From Nitrososphaerota archaeon (GTDB lineage: Archaea > Thermoproteota > Nitrososphaeria > Nitrososphaerales > Nitrosopumilaceae): a DNA stretch of 64,000 bases. The notes under the pieces are model-generated. The model was not told where the DNA came from and searched no databases. It saw nothing but the letters and a program-made list of their open reading frames with translations. Position numbers and translations under genes: made by a program. The stretch spans positions 1-64,000 of the forward strand of contig JAGWFT010000001.1 in NCBI GenBank assembly GCA_028867755.1. The letters run 5' to 3'. Position 1 is the stretch's first letter. The number at the start of each line of letters is the position of its first letter. This document shows positions 37,196 to 46,063 of this stretch, one piece after another.

Positions 37196-38395
37196 TTACC
37201 ATTCGATACGAAAGGTCTGGCCCTTTGTTATCTCCTCTATTGGCCATCTTATAATACTGGTATTTCCATCCTGTCTTATTACTCCCTGAATGTTTGCTTT
37301 TTTCTTTTCCTCTGTTTCTTGATTTATCTCATATAATGTAGGCTCGTGCACAGAGTCGTCTATTGGATATTCCACCTTTAAAACCAATTTTTGGCAGTTA
37401 ATTAGAAATGCATTCTCAAAATATCTATTTGGTTCTTCCACATCGTACTCCATTATGTAATATCTGCCAGGTTCATCTCTTAACACAGGTCGATTAAACT
37501 GTGTCGTAAATTCCTTCTGATATAGCTCATCCACACTAACACTTGATATCTTTAGCTCTCTGTTATCCTCGTCATAGACTTGAATATTTAGATCATTTAT
37601 GGAATTTTTTGGAACATCGGTTGCTATGCCATGCAGTACATTGTAGATTGGATCATTTGATGCGTTTCTAATTTCATATACCCTTTTGTAGTGCACCATC
37701 ATGGTTTTTGGGTCTTTTATTGACAGGTTGACTTCTACAAAGGGATAAAGTGTTGTCTTGATTTGTTGGATATATTCTTCCATCTTGCTTGCAAGAGCAG
37801 CACCTTTTGTAGGATGCTTGGAGTTTCCAAAGCCATCGCCATATGCAGAGTACACCAACATGCTCTTGCCATGTTTTAGCACAAAATCATGAACTGGTTT
37901 TATTTCCTTTAGATATTCGTCGGACAATTCGTGCAGGCTTTCTGCCAAGGTGTTGCTTAGCAGTATGTGATTTTCATCACCAAAATCCATGACTCTTCTT
38001 GCAATTATTAATCCAGGCCCCCAGATGTTCTTGTTTCCTTGAATATCATTTACGACAAATACGTTTCCACTATGCAGCCCAATTCTGACCTGAACTATTT
38101 CTGATGGAATCTTGGCCTTGTTGTATTCTGCTAGTTTTTTTTCTAACTCTATGGCAAGCCTCAACGGCAGTTCTGGCCCCTGCAAAAAGCCAATTGCCAT
38201 GCCATCACCAGTAGGAAGAATCAGGAGAGAGTCTTCTGAGATTGTTTTATACGCCTCACATTGTGCGATGGTCTTGTTTAAGACCTCGATTTTTTTCATC
38301 TGAGTCTTGGTAGACATGGCTGGATCGGACAGCCCAACAATATCTACAAAAAAGAAGTTAGCATGAATCAGGTTTAGGTTAGTTTTGAGGACCAT
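37196..38395 (-). CDS. Class III nucleotidyl cyclase-like protein with C-terminal beta-rich domain
   Basis: FFVDIVG, TGDG, VRIGLHSG, NIWGPGLIIARRV, ILLS; about 185-aa beta-rich C-terminus. Confidence 0.85.
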   Translation of the reverse strand: MVLKTNLNLIHANFFFVDIVGLSDPAMSTKTQMKKIEVLNKTIAQCEAYKTISEDSLLILPTGDGMAIGFLQGPELPLRLAIELEKKLAEYNKAKIPSEIVQVRIGLHSGNVFVVNDIQGNKNIWGPGLIIARRVMDFGDENHILLSNTLAESLHELSDEYLKEIKPVHDFVLKHGKSMLVYSAYGDGFGNSKHPTKGAALASKMEEYIQQIKTTLYPFVEVNLSIKDPKTMMVHYKRVYEIRNASNDPIYNVLHGIATDVPKNSINDLNIQVYDEDNRELKISSVSVDELYQKEFTTQFNRPVLRDEPGRYYIMEYDVEEPNRYFENAFLINCQKLVLKVEYPIDDSVHEPTLYEINQETEEKKKANIQGVIRQDGNTSIIRWPIEEITKGQTFRIEW

Positions 38396-38672
38396 CTAAG
38401 TTAAGAGTGCAATTTCATAGTACACAGCCACACTATACCCCCAGCACTATGAAACAGTCTTCTAGTATATAATTAAAACCCAGCCGCTATTCGATATTTT
38501 ATTTAAAAAATTTGCAAATTTAAAATGAATTTGTTTTATTTAGAAACTACAATAAACTAGAGTATATTCATTAAAACTGGTTTGAAGACATATTCATAGC
38601 TTAGCTGAGATGTCAAATATTTAGCTATACCTAGAACCTAACATAATATCACATCAAGAGGAGATAGATACC

Positions 38673-39260
38673 ATGTCTGTAATTGATTTTCTATCAGTAC
38701 CATTTAGGTACATTGATGCACTTGAGCATAAACAGCACATATTGCTTTTTTATGAAGACCCAGAATACGCAAGGCTAGTCGAGTTTAGATTCATAAAAAA
38801 CGGTTTACAGAGTGGCGAGCAATGCATCTATGCTACTGAAGAAGACTCTGGTATGATAGTTTTAAAATTGCTAAGCTATGGTGTTCCATTGCATCTCTTT
38901 CAAACTGGAAAATTACGAGTTGTACAGATACGTGACACATACGGAGGATACGATGAGATATTGAAAAAATGTAGAGAAGATATGCATACAATACTAGATG
39001 ATCTTATTTCTCCATATAGGATAGTCTCAAGAATTGTTCCTAATGTGGAGACACTTGATGGAATTTCAGTAGAGATGAAACTTGAAAAAGAAACACATTG
39101 TCACTTTGATAATTTTGGAGGCTCGTTGATGTGTCCTTATGACATATCAAAAATAGAACCCAAAAAAAGAAAAGAGTGGATAAGGGAGCTTCAAGAGATG
39201 CACCATACAACCATTTATCTTCCAAAATCTGGCCAAGGCGGGGTTTTCTTTCCCTCCTGA
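38673..39260 (+). CDS. Stand-alone MEDS sensory-domain protein
   Basis: HILLFYED...FIKNGLQSGEQCIY..., LMCPYD...HHTTIY pattern. Confidence 0.78.
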   Translation: MSVIDFLSVPFRYIDALEHKQHILLFYEDPEYARLVEFRFIKNGLQSGEQCIYATEEDSGMIVLKLLSYGVPLHLFQTGKLRVVQIRDTYGGYDEILKKCREDMHTILDDLISPYRIVSRIVPNVETLDGISVEMKLEKETHCHFDNFGGSLMCPYDISKIEPKKRKEWIRELQEMHHTTIYLPKSGQGGVFFPS

Positions 39261-39276
39261 CTTTATGGATAAGAAT

Positions 39277-40083
39277 TTATTTTCCTAGCTTTAGCTCTTT
39301 GAATGCGCCTGCCTTTTTCCAGCAGTCATCAAAATAATCAAGACACCATTCATGAAATGCAGCATCATTCCCAAAAAAGCCCTCACTCATGTCAGCCTCT
39401 CCATTAACAGTTGGAAACATGAGCAGCGCATCTTTCTCGTTGAGAATTATTATGGTGCTTACATTTTCTTGCATCTTTCTTTCAAGCTTTCCTTCATCTA
39501 TGAGTTTTTTAAAGCCAAACTTCTCAAAGATTTGCTTTCTTTCTTTTGGGGTTATGACAGATTCTGATAGGATGGAATGCATCTTTACTCCGCCATTTAT
39601 CTTCTTTACAAGCGGCTCTACTAGGTCTGCAGTGTAGGGAATCTCAACAAGTATGTTGCATAGGTACTCATCTGCATTGTGATGTATCTCCTTCCATTTT
39701 TCTAGTACCTTTACAAAGCCCTTGACATGCTCACAGCTTTCAAGGGAGCCTATTCTTTGAGTATATTTTTCTGGCACGTCGCCAAAATTGTGGCCTTTGA
39801 AATATTTTTTATTGTTTGATAGAAACCTAATTGACGGTATTTGCGAGCAGACAATCTTTCCAAAAATTGTAATGTTGTAATTGCCATCTGCTTCTTTTAT
39901 AATAAGATCTGCCTTGGCAAGTCTCTCAAAGTTTCTATAAACCTCAGGCACTGTTGCACCAAGTTCTTTTGCTATTGTAGAGACCTTTGTTCTTTGATTG
40001 TATAGTTTGGACAATATTGCAAGCCTTTGTTCACTTGCGAGCTCTAAAAAATTACTTGCCATATCCCCATATTCCCCCTTCAT
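39277..40083 (-). CDS. ArsR-type wHTH regulator with C-terminal DUF1724-like domain
   Basis: LASEQRLAIL..L....VSTIAKELGATVPEVYRNFERL; ends FHEWCLDYFDDCW. Confidence 0.82.
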   Translation of the reverse strand: MKGEYGDMASNFLELASEQRLAILSKLYNQRTKVSTIAKELGATVPEVYRNFERLAKADLIIKEADGNYNITIFGKIVCSQIPSIRFLSNNKKYFKGHNFGDVPEKYTQRIGSLESCEHVKGFVKVLEKWKEIHHNADEYLCNILVEIPYTADLVEPLVKKINGGVKMHSILSESVITPKERKQIFEKFGFKKLIDEGKLERKMQENVSTIIILNEKDALLMFPTVNGEADMSEGFFGNDAAFHEWCLDYFDDCWKKAGAFKELKLGK

Positions 40084-40379
40084 AGTCTAGTTATGAAAAG
40101 ATGGGATTCTAAAGGTTACTTGTGAAATAGTTTTGCTGCAAACTTAAACTATGACTCGGGCCAGTTTGAACCGCATTGAGTACAGCCCCCTCTATATCCC
40201 TTGTATGCAGGTACAAATTTAATAAAAGCCTGTGAGCCACATCCCAAACACTCTACCTGTCTTTTCATGTAATTATCATACAGTTAGTACCATAATAGGT
40301 AGATTCTGTATTGAAGCTAAATACTTAGCTATGACTGCAAGCAGCCTCAATATGGTATATCATTGTATTATAGTACCAT

Positions 40380-40667
40380 ATGAAAAGAGATGAGGAGTAC
40401 TGTCTTTCGCAATTGCAGCGAGCCTATGTGCTGATAATTTGCAAAAGTGGTACTGAGCAAGGTGTACTTGAAGAATTAAAATCGCTTTATTTTGTTAAGG
40501 AAGTTGCCAAGACATTTGGCAGGTGTGATATTTTAGCAAAAATTGAGACAAAAGACATAGGGGAACTAAGAGGGGTTATAGACTTTAAGATACGAACGAT
40601 TCCAGAGATTGAGAGTACAACCATCTTGATGTGTATGAAACCTTTTTCAGAATTTCTTTTTGCCTGA
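40380..40667 (+). CDS. Stand-alone Lrp/AsnC ligand-binding (RAM) domain
   Basis: AYVLIICK...TFGRCDILAKIE...IRTIPEIESTT; paralogue of 35423-35695. Confidence 0.85.
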   Translation: MKRDEEYCLSQLQRAYVLIICKSGTEQGVLEELKSLYFVKEVAKTFGRCDILAKIETKDIGELRGVIDFKIRTIPEIESTTILMCMKPFSEFLFA

Positions 40668-40693
40668 ATTGAAATTTGTCTAGTTTATAGTAG

Positions 40694-40784
40694 CGGGTCT
40701 AGTGGGATTTGAACCCACGACATAGGGATTTCTCTGAAAGAGAGCATAAGAGTCCCTCGCTCTACCTGGCTGAGCCATAGACCC
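40694..40784 (-). tRNA. tRNA-Lys(CUU) with a 17-nt intron at 37/38
   Basis: Acceptor GGGTCTA/TAGACCC, anticodon stem AGGGA/TCCCT, loop CT-CTT-A|A, intron TGCTCTCTTTCAGAGAA at 40730-40746, T-loop GGTTCAAATCC. Confidence 0.95.
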
Positions 40785-40840
40785 GCAAAATAGCAGACGC
40801 TAAATTCGTTATTTAAACTTGATTTGAAAAATAAAGTAGT

Positions 40841-41437
40841 TTAATTCTTGACTGTTTCTGTTTGAGAATATTTTTCCAGTATTTTTGTCAATACTGTTGA
40901 AACTGGAGCGTTGTTCATCTTTTCTTTTTCTTCGAGTAGTCTTCGGTATGCATCAAGTGTGATATATACTGGAATTGAACCATTGCCTTCAAGTAATCCT
41001 CTAACTTTGTAGAGAGCAGTTTCCATTCCCTTTTCTGCAGTTTTTGCAAACTTGATCTTGTTGAGAATTCCGCCTAGAGGTCCAAATGGCATTTCATAGT
41101 TTACTGTCATGGTAACACGGGTTGATTTCTCACCTAGTTCCTTGAATTCAACTGAAATATTCCATGCCTTAAATGGTCCTTTGATCATTTTAGCAGCAAT
41201 CTTTTGCTCTTGGACAAACTCAGTTGTCTCACAGTCCCACTCTAGTCTCTTGCCATCAAAGTCACCTATTACTCTAAAGGTTGTACCTACGCCCATTCCT
41301 GCTTTTACATCCATAGGAACTACTGTCATTCCTACTCGCTCTTCGAATTGGTCAGAGATGTGCTCTGGTCTTGCAAAGTATGTAAAAACATTCACGGTCT
41401 TTTCTTTGATATCTATTGATTTACTAACAGTGGTCAT
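40841..41437 (-). CDS. SRPBCC/START-fold protein with C-terminal RHH-like extension
   Basis: VSKSIDI...VFTYFARPE...helix-grip pattern, then IPVYITLDAYRRLLEEKEKMNNAPVSTVLTKILE. Confidence 0.8.
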   Translation of the reverse strand: MTTVSKSIDIKEKTVNVFTYFARPEHISDQFEERVGMTVVPMDVKAGMGVGTTFRVIGDFDGKRLEWDCETTEFVQEQKIAAKMIKGPFKAWNISVEFKELGEKSTRVTMTVNYEMPFGPLGGILNKIKFAKTAEKGMETALYKVRGLLEGNGSIPVYITLDAYRRLLEEKEKMNNAPVSTVLTKILEKYSQTETVKN

Positions 41438-41601
41438 ATATGGGGCAATCTTTTTGAACTTGATTTAAAGCTTTTGCTAATTTTCAAGGATCGAGATGCA
41501 CTGTAACAAAAACTTGGCATCTTGGAATAATAACAGATTACCATTAAAGTGTAAAACAAGATCTAGTAATATATTGAAGAAAACCCTATTGGAAAAGGAC
41601 A

Positions 41602-42165
41602 ATGATTAGTTTTCGATTTCTAGTTGTTATGTTTGCGCTAGGATTGGTTCTCTCCCCCATGATACACTATGCAAGTGCTCATGAGGATCTCAACTCTGGA
41701 GACGAATCAATTGGAAATTATGAGATACAGGTGGCAACAGATCCTGAGATCCCGTCTGCAAATCAGCCCTTCAAGCTAAGCTTTAGGGTTCTAAACCACG
41801 AGTCAGCTTCTAACTTGCTAAATTCATTTGACACCAAACTAAGCGAGGTTGATCATTTTAGGATGGGAGTTAGAATTTATTATAACAACGAGTTGGTATC
41901 TACAATTCCTGTACAAGACTTTAAGGGAGGAGAATGGTCTACCCAGTACATATTTCACGAGTCTGGAAATCACGTCGTGTTCGTTGATCTATACGATGTT
42001 GGGCCCGCCGGCCAGCCTCTAAACTTTGTATATAACATCAGCGTTCTTGATGTGTTCGGACCATTGTTCCAGTATATCATCTCGGCAGGAGGCATGGCAT
42101 GCTTTGTCTTGCTTGGGTGGATAGTAATTACAAGAAGAAGAGTAAAATCTAGACCGAAGTCTTGA
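41602..42165 (+). CDS. Exported Ig-like protein with C-terminal TM anchor
   Basis: Signal peptide ending YASA|H, beta-sandwich (P.IP.ANQPFKLSF...YIFHESGNHVVFV), TM plus basic tail. Confidence 0.78.
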   Translation: MISFRFLVVMFALGLVLSPMIHYASAHEDLNSGDESIGNYEIQVATDPEIPSANQPFKLSFRVLNHESASNLLNSFDTKLSEVDHFRMGVRIYYNNELVSTIPVQDFKGGEWSTQYIFHESGNHVVFVDLYDVGPAGQPLNFVYNISVLDVFGPLFQYIISAGGMACFVLLGWIVITRRRVKSRPKS

Positions 42166-42595
42166 TTGTTGCACCACGAGAGAGCTTGAATGCATAAAGT
42201 GTTGTAAGCAGAGTCATTGCAAAAAGCAGGATGCCAATGCCGTTGTGAATTGCAACTATTGTTGCCTTGAGTTGTGTGTTAATCACAATTGCTCCAAGAA
42301 ATATTTGGGATATTGCAAACACTGCTGCAAGTGTTCCTGTGATTCGAAGATTTCTGTGAGAGCCTACAACTTTCCAGCTTGCAATTGCAGTAGCTATTAT
42401 CATGACACCAGTTGCTGCAGCAATCAACCTATGGGTCCATTCTGTTAGGTATTCTGCAGAAGGCAAAAATCCACTAGGACACAATGGCCATTCGGGGCAC
42501 GCCAGTCCCTGTCCACTTGATTCAAGATATCCTCCAATGAACATTAGACAATAAAGAATTACTAGAGAAGCAAGTGCGAGATACTTGAAATACAT
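42149..42595 (-). CDS. ctaA: Heme A synthase, short (half-size) type
   Basis: GLACPEWPLC, EWTHR, HNGIG; 148 aa; last gene of the cox operon. Confidence 0.9.
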   Translation of the reverse strand: MYFKYLALASLVILYCLMFIGGYLESSGQGLACPEWPLCPSGFLPSAEYLTEWTHRLIAAATGVMIIATAIASWKVVGSHRNLRITGTLAAVFAISQIFLGAIVINTQLKATIVAIHNGIGILLFAMTLLTTLYAFKLSRGATIKTSV

Positions 42596-42596
42596 T

Positions 42597-43613
42597 TTAC
42601 TTTTCTACGATAAAGTGTCCATCCATTCCAAGAGCTGCATGTCCTGGGACAGTACAGATGTAATGGTATAATCCTGGAGTTCCTGCTACAAATGTAACAT
42701 CACCACTCTCGCCTGGCTTCATTGGGCTGTCGGCAGTCTTGTATGCCGCATCCCAGACAACTCCGCTTGGGTTGTTTGGATCTGTTACTATGCCAAATGC
42801 ATGAAATACCTTGCTTGGATTGGTCACATGGATTGTGACTGTATCGCCAGAGTGTACCTCGATGTCTGGGTTTGTTCCTGTACCACCTGTTCCATTAAAG
42901 CCATATTTTGAAAAGTCAGAACTGACATCAAAACTAAGTGAGAATGATTCTTTTTGTCCATTTGCTGCTGCAGTGCCGCCAGTTCCTGCTTGGATGCTAG
43001 AGCCACCACCGCTTCCTCCTCCTACGACAATCTTTCCTTCCATACCAAGTTCACGGTGTCCTGGAACTGCACAGATGTAATAATAAGTGCCAGCTGATGC
43101 TGGAATAAAGGTAACAGTGCCGCTCTGTCCTGGCTTCATTGGGCTGTCGGCAGTTGCAATTGTTGTACCGTCAATTGCAGGTCCCGGACCACTTGTGGAT
43201 GCAGTAACTGCAAATGCATGAAATGACTTGCCGCCGTTTGTAACAGAAAACACAATCTTGTCACCAACATTTGCGTCGATCTCTGGATCAGATCCTTGGG
43301 CTCCCGAAGGTGCGTTAAAGCCGTACTTTGAAAAATCAGGCGACTCTACAAATTTTAATGAGACATCAATCTCTTTTCCTGAAAATGTTCCTTGTGTAGA
43401 TGATGGACCACTGCCTGTCTGGGCCGAAGCTTGTTTTTCCATCTGTTCTTCTTGAGTTTTACCTGCATTTGGCAAGTAAGAGTTCCAATAATCATAATGT
43501 GTGAAAAATAGAGCTGCACCTATCACTTGAACGCCGATAATAATTGCAAGCATCTTTCCAAGTCTTCTAGATGATGTCCTATAGATTTGTGCATCGTGTT
43601 CGTTATGGCTCAT
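42597..43613 (-). CDS. Membrane-anchored di-cupredoxin (two type-1 Cu domains)
   Basis: ATG 1 nt after the coxA stop; TM helix; HAF...YYYICAVPGHRELGM and HAF...YHYICTVPGHAALGM. Confidence 0.92.
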   Translation of the reverse strand: MSHNEHDAQIYRTSSRRLGKMLAIIIGVQVIGAALFFTHYDYWNSYLPNAGKTQEEQMEKQASAQTGSGPSSTQGTFSGKEIDVSLKFVESPDFSKYGFNAPSGAQGSDPEIDANVGDKIVFSVTNGGKSFHAFAVTASTSGPGPAIDGTTIATADSPMKPGQSGTVTFIPASAGTYYYICAVPGHRELGMEGKIVVGGGSGGGSSIQAGTGGTAAANGQKESFSLSFDVSSDFSKYGFNGTGGTGTNPDIEVHSGDTVTIHVTNPSKVFHAFGIVTDPNNPSGVVWDAAYKTADSPMKPGESGDVTFVAGTPGLYHYICTVPGHAALGMDGHFIVEK

Positions 43614-43614
43614 A

Positions 43615-45162
43615 TCAGTATCCCGAGTGGCCACCGTGTGGGTTCTTTGCCGCTACTGGATAGTAATACTTGCCACCAAGTCCCCATGGATCGTCCATGT
43701 TGGCTGGCTTGCCTTTTGCAGAGTAGTATATCAACGAGGCCAAAAATACCGCAAAGCTTGCTCCAAGTATCCATGCACCAACTGATGCAATCTGGTTTAG
43801 CTGTGTCCATGATGTAAATTCTGGTGGATAATCATAGATTCTTCTTGGCATTCCCTCAAGTCCAAGCAGGTGTTGTGTAAAGAATACTTGAACAGTTCCC
43901 CAGAACATTCCTATAAAGTGAACGTTTGCCCACTTTTCGCTGTACATTCTTCCTGTGATGTATGGGAACATGTAGTATACCATTGCTACAAATCCAAATC
44001 CAATTGTTCCTGTGAGGAACAAGTGCATGTGACCTACTACCCAGTAGGTTCCATGTGAGATAAAGTCTAGTGGCATTGCAGAGTTTAGCACACCGCCTGC
44101 ACCTGCAGAGAAGAATAATGCAATTCCACCAACTGCAAATTTCATTGGAGCTGCAAACTTGATTCTGCCTCCCCACATTGTTGCAAGGAAGTTAAAGACG
44201 TGCATTCCAGATGCTGGAACTGCGGCTAGAGTACCAATCATAAAGACAACTTTGGTTGTAAAGTCCATTCCAGTTGAATACATGTGATGCCCCCAAGATG
44301 CAAAACCTATGATGCCAAGCATTACAAATGCAAATACACCTGATGCCTGACTGTACAGTGGCTTTCTTGAGAACCGTGGAATAATTTCATACATCATTCC
44401 AATTGCTGGAAGTAAGAAGATGTACACCTCAGGATGGAACGTGAACCAAAACAGGTGCAGGTATGCAATAGGGTCTCCACCTGCAAATGGATTGAAAAAT
44501 CCTGAGATTCCAAGTCTGTCTGTTAGCATCATGATAAGTGCTGCTGCATAAGTTGGCATTGCAACTATTGTCATAAGCGAAACTGTAAGCATCGACCATG
44601 CAAACAATGGGACTCGCCTCAATGGAAGGTCTGGGTGCTTGCACTTGAGGATTGTTACAACAAAGTTAATCGATGATAAAATTGATGATATGCCAAGAAT
44701 CTTCATGCCAAATATGAACATGTCTGCAGCCGGACCAGGTGCTCGAATTATAGAGTATGGGGCGTATGAAACCCAAGTTGTGTCTGCAAATCCAAGCCAG
44801 AGCAATGCGCCACCAACTGGGTTCATCCAGAATGCGATTGCATTTAGTTTTGGATACGCCATGTCTTTGTATCTGACCATGATTGGAACCAAGATGTTGC
44901 CAATGCCGTTTGCAACCGGAAGTGCAAACAAGAAGAGCATTGTAAGACCATGAACCGTAAATATTCTGTTAAATGTTGCCGAGTCTGATATTAGGACACC
45001 TTGGCCTGGGAAGAACAAGTGTGTTCTGATTATCATGGCCAAGACTCCGGCCATAAACAAAAATGTAAGACCTGTTATTGTATATAGATAACCTACATCA
45101 GTGTGATGTGTTGAAAACATTATCTGCCAGACTGGTCTTGGTTTTTGAAGTTCTAGTACCAT
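43615..45162 (-). CDS. coxA: Heme-copper oxidase subunit I (A-type)
   Basis: TVHG, WFTFHPEVY, WGHHM, GHMH, GMPRR. Confidence 0.97.
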   Translation of the reverse strand: MVLELQKPRPVWQIMFSTHHTDVGYLYTITGLTFLFMAGVLAMIIRTHLFFPGQGVLISDSATFNRIFTVHGLTMLFLFALPVANGIGNILVPIMVRYKDMAYPKLNAIAFWMNPVGGALLWLGFADTTWVSYAPYSIIRAPGPAADMFIFGMKILGISSILSSINFVVTILKCKHPDLPLRRVPLFAWSMLTVSLMTIVAMPTYAAALIMMLTDRLGISGFFNPFAGGDPIAYLHLFWFTFHPEVYIFLLPAIGMMYEIIPRFSRKPLYSQASGVFAFVMLGIIGFASWGHHMYSTGMDFTTKVVFMIGTLAAVPASGMHVFNFLATMWGGRIKFAAPMKFAVGGIALFFSAGAGGVLNSAMPLDFISHGTYWVVGHMHLFLTGTIGFGFVAMVYYMFPYITGRMYSEKWANVHFIGMFWGTVQVFFTQHLLGLEGMPRRIYDYPPEFTSWTQLNQIASVGAWILGASFAVFLASLIYYSAKGKPANMDDPWGLGGKYYYPVAAKNPHGGHSGY

Positions 45163-45220
45163 AAAGTTCCCTCTATCTTTTCAAATGTTTTTGCTGTAAA
45201 TAAAACGTTTTTGGTTATTT

Positions 45221-45646
45221 TCAAGACTTGTCATCCTCCACCACAAGCGATCCTCTCATGTTATAGTGCAAAAGACCGCAATACTCCCTGCATTGTATAG
45301 GATAGGTTCCTGCTGTGTCTGGTGCAAACCATGCATGGTTTGTGTGGCCTGGGACTGCATCTTCGAAGACCACCCAGTCTGGAATGTTAAATGAGTGCAT
45401 TACGTCTCTTGAATAGATCTCAAAGACATATGCATGGCCTTTTTTGACATGCAATGTGCTGATTTCTTTTGTACCATCTGCATGCTCAAATGACCAGAAC
45501 CACTGCTGACCTGTTACCTTGATAACCTCGGCATCAGCCGGGACATCCTCAACTGCTTTTTGGACTATCCAAGAATCTACACCGACATATATCAAAACTG
45601 CAATTACTATGGCAACAAAGACCCACTCTGCTGTGTCATGACCCAT
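45221..45646 (-). CDS. coxB: Heme-copper oxidase subunit II, CuA domain with one TM
   Basis: VTGQQWFW, DVMHSF, CREYCGLLHYNM CuA motif. Confidence 0.95.
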   Translation of the reverse strand: MGHDTAEWVFVAIVIAVLIYVGVDSWIVQKAVEDVPADAEVIKVTGQQWFWSFEHADGTKEISTLHVKKGHAYVFEIYSRDVMHSFNIPDWVVFEDAVPGHTNHAWFAPDTAGTYPIQCREYCGLLHYNMRGSLVVEDDKS

Positions 45647-45955
45647 CTAATGACCCTCCTCTTCGTAGCTCCCAGATGTCGGATCCTCAAGATGCTCCCA
45701 CTTGGTAGGACTCTTGTTCTTTGGGTTTGATTCTCGAAATCTCCAGACAAGCCAGATCATTGTACCTGATACTATGGCACCGACTGTAAATGCTGCAGTG
45801 GTCATTCTGAAGAACTCGTTCCATACCTCTGCCCTTAGGTTGATGTATTGTTTTGCAGATGTCTGTTGTGCAAGTTGTGCATGTGCAAAGTGCAACTGGG
45901 AGACCAGAGCCACAGCAACTAATGTTATAATGGAAATAGCAATGAGAGTTTTCAT
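45647..45955 (-). CDS. Small membrane protein leading the cox operon, like the N-terminal TM part of subunit II
   Basis: Signal-like N-terminus, WNEFFRMTTAAFTVGAIVSGTMIWLVWRFRE helix; abuts coxB. Confidence 0.7.
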   Translation of the reverse strand: MKTLIAISIITLVAVALVSQLHFAHAQLAQQTSAKQYINLRAEVWNEFFRMTTAAFTVGAIVSGTMIWLVWRFRESNPKNKSPTKWEHLEDPTSGSYEEEGH

Positions 45956-46063
45956 TGGCTGTTTTCACGTGCGCTCCACTTTCTATTTAAGCGTTTTGAA
46001 GATTGTCAGCGATCAATTGTCAAGTTTTTAGGACATGCATAATTACTACGATCTTTTAGGAAA

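Noticed and set aside
37196-38395. Calling the cyclase locus a Pycsar anti-phage system
   Set aside because: No adjacent cNMP-binding TIR or TM effector is visible; kept only as a hypothesis about product specificity.
40150-40185. GGTTCAAA on the minus strand suggesting a tRNA fragment or att site
   Set aside because: Flanks do not form a T-stem and do not match either tRNA in the window.
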